From Candidatus Latescibacterota bacterium (lineage in GTDB: Bacteria; Latescibacterota; UBA2968; UBA8231), in NCBI GenBank assembly GCA_965261395.1, contig OZ253462.1, positions 3,552,001 through 3,616,000 of the forward strand: a stretch of 64,000 bases of DNA, read 5' to 3'. This document shows, piece by piece, positions 57,392 to 64,000 of the stretch. The position numbers were made by a program, and so were the translations under genes. The notes under the pieces were generated by a model. That model searched no databases and was not told the origin of the DNA. It was given only the letters and a program-made list of their open reading frames with translations. The first letter of the stretch is position 1. Every line of letters begins with the position of its first letter.

Positions 57392-58357
57392 CTAGGGCAA
57401 GAAGCGGTTGGTGAAGACCGCTTCGGCGTCCACGACGCCGTCTTTGATCAGGCCAACGGCCACCATTTGTTCCAGTAGCTTCTGCCAGCGCTCTAGGCTC
57501 ATGCTGCCGAGGCCGTTTTGTTGGGCGACCGGGTCGAGGATCATGGCGATGGATTCGGCGGCACCATAGGCGAGAATGTCCATGCCCATCTCGGGGTTGA
57601 GGCTGTTGATATGGCGGTTGGTCGCCTCTGGCTCGGCGAGGTATTGTTCCCAGCCTTTGACGCTGGCGCGGACTACGGCCTCGACGATCTCAGGCTCGGC
57701 GGCGATGCGCTCTGCGGTGGTGATGAGCACGCTGGCATAGGGGTTGAAGCCAGTGTCGGCTACGAGCAGGGCCTTGGGATCGCCGCCTTTGGCCTTGGCG
57801 ACGAAAGGCTCGCTGAAGACGTAGCCCTGCTGGGCGAAATTCTCGTCCACGAGGAATTGGGCCACATTGCCGGGGTAGGGGACGATAGTGACGCCTTCAA
57901 ACGGGTATTTCCAGCGCAGATAGTGCGAGAAGGCCGGGCGTTGGGACAAGGCCAAAGTAATGTTTTTGATTTGCGAAATGGAGTCGATGCCTGCGCTCTC
58001 GTGGACCATGATGCAGCGCGGGCTGATCTGGTAGGAAGCCATGAGCGCGACCACGGGTATCTGCTGGGCGCGGGCGTACAGAATGTCGTCGGCATTCGTT
58101 ATGCCAAAGGCTACCGCACCAGTGGCCACGCGCTGGATGACTGGCGCGTCCGGGCCGCCGCCGAGGATTTCGACCTCAACGCCGTTTTCCTCGTAATAGC
58201 CGTGGACTGCGGCCGCGTACAAGCCGCCGTGTTCGGCTTCCGGGAACCAGTTGAGCGCGAGTTGGACCTTGGGCAGGGCATCGGCTGTGGGTGCTTCTTT
58301 TTCAGCAGCGCAGGCGACGAGCGCGAGGAGGGCTGCCAAAAGCGGGTATTTGAACAT
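57392..58357 (-). CDS. ABC substrate-binding lipoprotein, NMT1/THI5 family
   Basis: Lipobox LVAC; LNWFPEAEHGG. Confidence 0.88.
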   Translation of the reverse strand: MFKYPLLAALLALVACAAEKEAPTADALPKVQLALNWFPEAEHGGLYAAAVHGYYEENGVEVEILGGGPDAPVIQRVATGAVAFGITNADDILYARAQQIPVVALMASYQISPRCIMVHESAGIDSISQIKNITLALSQRPAFSHYLRWKYPFEGVTIVPYPGNVAQFLVDENFAQQGYVFSEPFVAKAKGGDPKALLVADTGFNPYASVLITTAERIAAEPEIVEAVVRASVKGWEQYLAEPEATNRHINSLNPEMGMDILAYGAAESIAMILDPVAQQNGLGSMSLERWQKLLEQMVAVGLIKDGVVDAEAVFTNRFLP

Positions 58358-58406
58358 AACGGGAATCCTCGTGGTGATTGTGAGTGATAGCTGGCGCGCC
58401 GCTATT

Positions 58407-59189
58407 TCAATCGGGCGCGCCCGTCCAGCGTCTGAGCAAGAAAGTACTCAAGCTGCTCACGGTGGTAAATAGTCCCAAACCGAGCAACGTGCAAAACAGA
58501 ATGCAGGCGAAGAGGTAGTCGGTCTTGGCTTGGCCGTTGGTGAGGATGATCAAGTAGCCGAGGCCAAAGTCATCGGTGCCGTAGCCGGCGAAGAACTCGC
58601 CGACGATTGCGCCGATGACCGACAGGCCGCTGGAGATACGGGCACCGACCAGCATCTGGGGTACGGCCCCGGGGACGCGGAGCTTGAATAGCACCTGCCA
58701 GCGGCTGGCCTTGTTGAGCGCGAAGAAGTCGAGGATATAGGGATCGACGCGAGTCAGGCCGTCGGTGGTATTGGCGATGACCGGGAAGAGGGCGATGATG
58801 AAGGCTACGGCCACCACGCCTTGGAGGCCGTAGCCGATCCACAGGATGATCAGCGGCGCGATGGCGACGATGGGCATGGTCTGCAAGAAGATCGCGTATG
58901 GATAGAGGCTGCGCTCGATGAGGCGCGACTGGGAAAACAGCAGGGCGACCAAGAAGCCAAAGACAAAACTGAGAGCAAAGCCCAAGAGGGCACCCAAGGC
59001 CGTCAGCAGGGTAGCCGACAGCAGGCGCGGCAAGTTGTCGGCTATGGCGCGGGCCACGAGCAAGGGCCCGGGCAGCAGAAAAGGCTTGATCGCGAGGAGC
59101 GAGACTGCGCCTTGCCAAACGCACAGGACCAAGGCGAAAAACAGCAGCGGAGGCAGGGTGTTGGTCGTTAGGGAGCGCAGTCGTCTCAT
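58407..59189 (-). CDS. ABC permease (SsuC/TauC/ThiX type)
   Basis: QTMPIVAIAPL, FPV..NT..GL, IGAIVGEF. Confidence 0.9.
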   Translation of the reverse strand: MRRLRSLTTNTLPPLLFFALVLCVWQGAVSLLAIKPFLLPGPLLVARAIADNLPRLLSATLLTALGALLGFALSFVFGFLVALLFSQSRLIERSLYPYAIFLQTMPIVAIAPLIILWIGYGLQGVVAVAFIIALFPVIANTTDGLTRVDPYILDFFALNKASRWQVLFKLRVPGAVPQMLVGARISSGLSVIGAIVGEFFAGYGTDDFGLGYLIILTNGQAKTDYLFACILFCTLLGLGLFTTVSSLSTFLLRRWTGAPD

Positions 59190-59926
59190 GGGTCGTCGGC
59201 GTGGGCGAGCTGGCGCGAAATCCCGTTGGCTATGCGAATGAATTCAGGGGCGCTGCGCAGGTACGGCGAGCGCGGATAGGGAAACGGGATGGGGATGTCG
59301 GCGAGGATGCGGCCGGGACGCGCGCTCATCACGAGGACCCGCTGGCTGAGGAAGACGGCTTCGGAGACGTTGTGCGTGACGAAGAGGCCGGTCCAGCGAT
59401 CTTCTTGCCACAGGCGCAACAGTTCCTCGTTGAGCCGCTGGCGGGTGATTTCGTCGAGTGCGCCAAAAGGCTCGTCGAGGAGCAGGATCTGGGGACGGGT
59501 CACCAGTGCGCGGGCAATGGAGACCCGCATGCGCATGCCGCCGGAGAGCTGGGCTGGGTACGCAGCGGCAAAGTCGGTTAGGCCGACCAGCGCAAGCGTC
59601 TGGGCGACGCGCTCGTCGGCGTCCTCGCGGCGCAGCTCTAAGGGGAGGGTGATGTTGTGCGCGACCGATCGCCAAGGCAGCAGCGTGGCGTCTTGGAAGA
59701 CGAAGGCGAGACCGAGCGGATCGTGGCCCTCCACGCGCAGCTCGCCGCTCGTGGGCGCGTCGAGGCCGGCTACGAGGCGGAGGAAGGTGGATTTGCCGCA
59801 GCCGGAAGGGCCGACGATGGAGACGAATTGACCGCGGCCAATTGCCAAATCGAGGCCGTGCAGGGCTTCAACTCCGGAGGGGAATTGCTTGGCGAGGCCC
59901 TCGGCGACGACTAGCTGAGGCTCCAT
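59186..59926 (-). CDS. ABC ATPase (SsuB/TauB/ThiZ type)
   Basis: GPSGCGKST, LSGGM, LLLDEPF. Confidence 0.93.
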   Translation of the reverse strand: MEPQLVVAEGLAKQFPSGVEALHGLDLAIGRGQFVSIVGPSGCGKSTFLRLVAGLDAPTSGELRVEGHDPLGLAFVFQDATLLPWRSVAHNITLPLELRREDADERVAQTLALVGLTDFAAAYPAQLSGGMRMRVSIARALVTRPQILLLDEPFGALDEITRQRLNEELLRLWQEDRWTGLFVTHNVSEAVFLSQRVLVMSARPGRILADIPIPFPYPRSPYLRSAPEFIRIANGISRQLAHADDP

Positions 59927-60853
59927 TTAACCTCGGGGGTGGTAGGTCTTGTGGACTTCTTTGAGATAGCTGAGGTCGAGGTGCGTGTAGATCTGGGTGG
60001 TGGAGATGTCGGCGTGGCCCAACAGCTCCTGCACGGCGCGGAGGTTGGCACCGCCTTCTAACAGATGCGTGGCAAAGGAGTGGCGCAGGGTGTGAGGGCT
60101 GATCTCCCTGCCGATGCGGGCCTTGTCGCCGGCGGTTTTGATGATTTTCCACACGCTCATCCGCGAGAGCGGGCCACCTTGGGCATTGAGAAAGACGTGG
60201 TCGCTCGAGTCGGGCCGAGCGAGGTGGGGGCGGCCTTGGCGCAGGTAGCGTTTGAGCGTGCGAGCGTCTTTGGCCGCGATGGGTACGATGCGCTCGCGTC
60301 GGCCGCGGATGCGGACGAGACCCCGCGCTAGCAGCAAGGCTGCCTGTTGCAGCGCGGTCAGCTCGGAGACGCGGATGCCAGTGGCGTAGAGCACGGCGAG
60401 GATGGCCCGGTCGCGCTGGCCCAGCGGCTCGTCGGGGTCGGATGCGTCGAGGAGGGCGGCGATTTCCTCGACCGAGAGCACGTCGGGCAGACGGCGTTCC
60501 AGTTTGGGCGAGTCGAGGAGTTCGGCCGGGTTGTGTGTGGTCGTGCCTTGGAGCAGTAGATACTGGTGGAAGCGCTTTATCGAGGTGAGGTTGCGGGCCA
60601 TGGTGGAAGCAGTTAGGCCGGCGTCGCTCAGCGAATGAAGCAATTGGGCGATATGCTGGTGTTGGACGGCTTCTACGCGCTTGACGCCTTGGGCGGACAG
60701 GTGGTGCAGATAGCGGTTGAGGTCGCGGCGATAGGCGTCGAGGGTATTGGCTGCTAGCCCATTGTCGCGCTCCATGGCCTTGAGGAAGCGCTCGCAGGGG
60801 ATGGACAGGGCCGCTGGCAGCGGGCGTTCAGGAACGGATTTTGGGCGGGCCAT
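59927..60853 (-). CDS. xerD: Site-specific tyrosine recombinase, XerD-like
   Basis: AYRRDL, RDRA...LYATGIRVSEL, SPHTLRHSFATHLL, LGHADISTTQIY, HPRG. Confidence 0.85.
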   Translation of the reverse strand: MARPKSVPERPLPAALSIPCERFLKAMERDNGLAANTLDAYRRDLNRYLHHLSAQGVKRVEAVQHQHIAQLLHSLSDAGLTASTMARNLTSIKRFHQYLLLQGTTTHNPAELLDSPKLERRLPDVLSVEEIAALLDASDPDEPLGQRDRAILAVLYATGIRVSELTALQQAALLLARGLVRIRGRRERIVPIAAKDARTLKRYLRQGRPHLARPDSSDHVFLNAQGGPLSRMSVWKIIKTAGDKARIGREISPHTLRHSFATHLLEGGANLRAVQELLGHADISTTQIYTHLDLSYLKEVHKTYHPRG

Positions 60854-62678
60854 GGTCCGGGCCGTTGAGATGGGCGAGCAAGGCGTCGGCCTGCTTGCGG
60901 CTAAAGCCGGGGAGGGCGGCGATATGCTCGGCTGGCGTGGCGGCGATGCGCTTGACCGAGCCAAAGGCAACGAGCAGTGCCCTGCGCTTTTGCGGGCCAA
61001 TGCCGGGGACGTGGTCCAAGGTTGAACTCAGCGCGCTCTTGGCGCGTTGCTGGCGGTGGTTTTTGAGCGCGAAGCGGTGGGCTTCGTCGCGCAGCATCTG
61101 CAACAGGCGCAGGCTGGCCGAGGTCTTGGGTAGCAGTAGAGGATCGCGCTGGTCCGGTAGGAAGACTTCCTCAAAGCGCTTGGCGAGGCCGACGACGGGT
61201 TGGTCTGCTAGGTCTAGCTCGTGCAGGGCGGCGACCGCGCTGGTAAGTTGGCCCGGCCCACCGTCGATGAGCAGCAAGTCGGGTCGCGGCTCGTTGCGCT
61301 CGGCCAGGCCGCGGAAGCGGCGATGGACCACTTGGTGGATAGAGGCGTAGTCGTCGGGTTGGGCGAGGTCGCGGATTTTGAAGTAGCGGTACTGGCTGCG
61401 CTTGGCCCGGCCGTCGATAAAGCAGACCACCGAGCCGACCGGATGCTCGCCTTGGAAGGTGGAGATGTCGATGCCTTCGATATGGCGGGGCGGGGCCGCT
61501 AGCTGCAAGTCGCGCTGGAGGGCATAGACCGATTGGGGGATGCGGTCGCGCTTCATCTCACGCTTGTGCTGGCGTTCGGCGAGCATCTGGGCGGCGTTTT
61601 TGGCGGCCATGTCCAGCATATGCGCCTTGGCACCGCGCTGGGGGGTTGCCAACTCGACCTTGCCGTCGGCTTTTTGCGACAGCCAAGCGGCCATCGCGTC
61701 GGCATCTGCTAGCTGGTCTGGCAGGTGGATTTCGGGCGGGACAAAGTCGTTTTGCAGGTAGAATTGCCGCGCAAAGGCCGAGAGGATTTCCCCGTCTGAG
61801 GACTCCATGACCCCGCCGAGGAAGTGGTGCTTCTTGCCGAGCAAGCGGCCCTCGCGGATTTCGAGGACGCTGCAACAGGCTTCGTCGTCGCTGCGAGCCA
61901 TGCCGAGGACGTCGCGGTCAACCGGGTCGTCGAGGACGACCTTTTGGCGCGCGCGCATGGACTCTAGCGCTTGGATCTGGTCGCGGAAGCGGGCTGCTTT
62001 TTCGTAGCGCATGTCTTCGGCGGCCTCGGCCATGCGCTTTTGCAACTCGCGGATCACTTCGGCATTCTGGCCGCGCAAAAAGCGCACGGCCCGCTCGACG
62101 GTTTTGCGGTAGTCATCGACCGAGACGAGGTTTTCGCAGGGGCCTTCGCAGCGCTTGATGTGGTATTCGAGGCACAGCGGCACCTTGTCTGAGGGTAGCT
62201 GGGCGTTGCAGGCGCGGATGGGGAAGACCTTGCGCAGCATGTCGAGGGTAGTGTGCATGGCGCGGACGTTGCTGTACGGGCCGAGGTAGCGCGAGCCGTC
62301 GCGGACTACGTCGCGGGTGGCGAAGATGCGGGGGAAAGGCTCGGCGGTGATGCGGATGTAAGGATATTTCTTGTCGTCTTTGAGCAGGATGTTGTAGCGC
62401 GGTTTGTGCGTGCGGATTTGGGTGGCTTCGAGGATGAGGGCCTCCTGCTCGCTACCCGTTACGATGTAGTCGATATCGGCGATGTTGCGGACTAAGGCTT
62501 TGAACTGACGCCGGCCATCGCTGCCCGACGCACGAAAGTACGAGCGCACCCGGTCGCGCAGGCTTTTGGCTTTGCCGATGTAGATGATCTGCCCGTCGCG
62601 CCTTTTCATAATATAGACGCCGGATTCGTTGGGCAGAGCGTCGAGTTTGAGGCGCAGATCTTCGGAGAGGTTGTTCAT
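60828..62678 (-). CDS. uvrC: Excinuclease ABC subunit C
   Basis: GVY...IYIGKAKSLRDRVRSYF, DDKKYPY, EGIDIS, LLLIDGG, RDEAHRFA, HhH. Confidence 0.97.
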   Translation of the reverse strand: MNNLSEDLRLKLDALPNESGVYIMKRRDGQIIYIGKAKSLRDRVRSYFRASGSDGRRQFKALVRNIADIDYIVTGSEQEALILEATQIRTHKPRYNILLKDDKKYPYIRITAEPFPRIFATRDVVRDGSRYLGPYSNVRAMHTTLDMLRKVFPIRACNAQLPSDKVPLCLEYHIKRCEGPCENLVSVDDYRKTVERAVRFLRGQNAEVIRELQKRMAEAAEDMRYEKAARFRDQIQALESMRARQKVVLDDPVDRDVLGMARSDDEACCSVLEIREGRLLGKKHHFLGGVMESSDGEILSAFARQFYLQNDFVPPEIHLPDQLADADAMAAWLSQKADGKVELATPQRGAKAHMLDMAAKNAAQMLAERQHKREMKRDRIPQSVYALQRDLQLAAPPRHIEGIDISTFQGEHPVGSVVCFIDGRAKRSQYRYFKIRDLAQPDDYASIHQVVHRRFRGLAERNEPRPDLLLIDGGPGQLTSAVAALHELDLADQPVVGLAKRFEEVFLPDQRDPLLLPKTSASLRLLQMLRDEAHRFALKNHRQQRAKSALSSTLDHVPGIGPQKRRALLVAFGSVKRIAATPAEHIAALPGFSRKQADALLAHLNGPDHGPPKIRS

Positions 62679-62762
62679 CAGAAAGGGATACAGATTGACA
62701 TATTGTAACGAGGGTATGCGTTTTGCCGGACCGCGTCAAGACGGGTGCTTTAGAAAAGAGCG

Positions 62763-62810
62763 TTGACCGCTTTGTTGCAAACGGCTATAATTATGACAAG
62801 TATGCCATAA
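62763..62810 (+). promoter_or_regulatory. sigma70 promoter and probable antitoxin operator
   Basis: TTGACC (62763)-17 nt-TATAAT (62786); imperfect palindrome TTATG-10-CATAA at 62791-62810. Confidence 0.7.
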
Positions 62811-62861
62811 ATTAGAAAAGCAGCAAGGACTTACTTCTTACACAAAGGAGAAATCACAGTC

Positions 62862-63227
62862 ATATCGACGATTCACAAGGCAGAAAGAGTCGTAACATGG
62901 GTTGGGGACTCGCTTGATCAAGTCCGCAGTTTTCCCCAACCCGCGAGAAGAACCATTGGTGAAGCTTTGCGTTTTGCTCAGTGGGGTACTAAACACCCGA
63001 AGGCAAAACCGTTGCAGGGGATTGGTCTAGGTATATTGGAGATTGTCGCCCGTTACGACACGGATACATACCGCGCCATTTATACTGTCAGAATCGGCAA
63101 GACCATCTATGTGCTTCATGCGTTTCAGAAGAAGTCCACTCGTGGTAGCAAAACTCCGAAGCAGGAAATTGACTTGATTAAACAGCGACTGAAGATAGCG
63201 CGATCGATGGAGACAAAAAATGAGTGA
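62862..63227 (+). CDS. RelE/Gp49-like toxin; start codon non-canonical or mutated
   Basis: Frame open upstream of the called TTG: ERVVTWVGDSLDQVRSFPQPARRTIGEALRFAQ.G...YVLHAFQKKS..TP..EIDLI. Confidence 0.75.
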   Translation: MSTIHKAERVVTWVGDSLDQVRSFPQPARRTIGEALRFAQWGTKHPKAKPLQGIGLGILEIVARYDTDTYRAIYTVRIGKTIYVLHAFQKKSTRGSKTPKQEIDLIKQRLKIARSMETKNE

Positions 63228-63549
63228 AGAAGTCAAATTCGAGCCAAGCTCTGGAAATGTGTTTAAGGACCTGGGATTCTCTAATGCGGAAGCTGAACGC
63301 GAACTGGTGAAGGCCGACCTCGCCTTGGCAATCTACAGCATCCTCAAAGAGCGCAAAATGACCCAGACAAAAGCCGGAGAAATCCTCGGCGTCAATCAGT
63401 CGGATGTATCGCGCTTGAAAAATGGTGATTTTGACCGCTTCAGTGTGGAGCGTCTGTTTGCGTTTCTCAATCGGCTCAATCGCAACGTCGAGATTCGCAT
63501 TACGTCGGCAGAAGATTTGCAGGGACACCAGCGAGTCGTTGCGGTATAG
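63220..63549 (+). CDS. XRE/HTH_37 antitoxin
   Basis: SSGNVFKDLG, MTQ..A..ILGVNQSDVSRL..G...FSVERL. Confidence 0.9.
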   Translation: MSEEVKFEPSSGNVFKDLGFSNAEAERELVKADLALAIYSILKERKMTQTKAGEILGVNQSDVSRLKNGDFDRFSVERLFAFLNRLNRNVEIRITSAEDLQGHQRVVAV

Positions 63550-63741
63550 CGGCGCGGCCTTCGCCCAATCGGCCACTACTTGAGCAAGAGCAGTCGCCGG
63601 GTCTGCTCGCCGCCGGGATAGTGAAGACGGGTGAAATAGACACCGATTGAGCAAAGAGGGCGATAATGGTATTGGTATCCAGTAGGTATCTACCATTCGG
63701 TAGTGTCGCAGTTTGAAATCTGGCCTAAAACACCTGAATTA

Positions 63742-63757
63742 TGGCACGCAGATTGCC
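63742..63757 (+). promoter_or_regulatory. sigma54 (-24/-12) promoter
   Basis: TGGCACG-CAGA-TTGC matches TGGCACG-N4-TTGC. Confidence 0.6.
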
Positions 63758-63767
63758 TAGTTTCGGC

Positions 63768-63841
63768 GGATTGACTGGAATCACTGCCCAGTCCCTCCCA
63801 AGGACGAGCGGCGCGGATGTCTTGGGCATCCGCGCCGTTTT
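63768..63841 (+). ncRNA. Candidate ~75-nt small RNA
   Basis: Lies between a sigma54 promoter and an intrinsic terminator; two hairpins; too short for a credible ORF. Confidence 0.45.
63809..63841 (+). terminator. Intrinsic terminator
   Basis: CGGCGCGGATG-TCTTGGG-CATCCGCGCCG-TTTT. Confidence 0.75.
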
Positions 63842-63843
63842 GC

Positions 63844-63872
63844 TTGACATCGGTCAATTCACTGTGTACTGT
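63844..63872 (+). promoter_or_regulatory. Possible sigma70 promoter for the ORF at 63905
   Basis: TTGACA-17 nt-TACTGT. Confidence 0.5.
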
Positions 63873-63904
63873 CCATGTAACCTTTGCTCTGGAGGAAACT
63901 CACC

Positions 63905-64000
63905 ATGCCTAAAGGCCCTCAAGGACAGCGTCGTCCAGCCGATGCTGTCGGCTGTGCCGTTCAGGTGGCCCGCATCGCCACCGGCGAGGAACAGGAAGAT
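63905..64000 (+). CDS. 5' end of a small conserved hypothetical protein (runs off the window)
   Basis: GGAGGA RBS; MPKGPQGQRRPADAVGCAVQVARIATGEEQED resembles a small basic protein family I recall near mobile DNA. Confidence 0.7.
   Translation, partial: MPKGPQGQRRPADAVGCAVQVARIATGEEQED

Noticed and set aside
59927-60853. Prophage or island integrase
   Set aside because: Sequence and housekeeping context fit chromosomal XerD; no att sites or phage genes
1-64000. tRNA, rRNA or IS transposase genes
   Set aside because: None recognised by eye; tRNAscan-SE and ISEScan were not run

Overview
GC-rich bacterial DNA. Gene content (FlgD-Ig/T9SS-like C-terminal domains, PorV-family gene, PhyH and WD40 proteins) suggests an FCB-group organism such as Latescibacterota or Gemmatimonadota, possibly host-associated; this is inference only. 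The left part (1-18.7 kb) is a patchwork of secreted proteins, metabolic enzymes and deletion remnants. 18.7-34.5 kb is an array of strictly alternating A/B pairs of secreted proteins ending in a 'TPNGDG..ND...WDG...AY' domain. It has 7 intact genes plus 1 chimeric pseudogene that marks an exact 2,552-bp microhomology-bounded tandem duplication. 39.9-49.5 kb holds three secreted lamin-tail-domain repeat proteins (3, 5 and 8 repeats). 49.7-62.7 kb is a long minus-strand housekeeping run (uvrC, xerD, ABC transporter, ecfT, truA, htrA, pssA, tatA, gatA, porV-like). There are two RelE/XRE toxin-antitoxin pairs. A candidate sigma54-driven small RNA lies at about 63.77-63.84 kb. All calls come from reading motifs by eye; no database searches were run.
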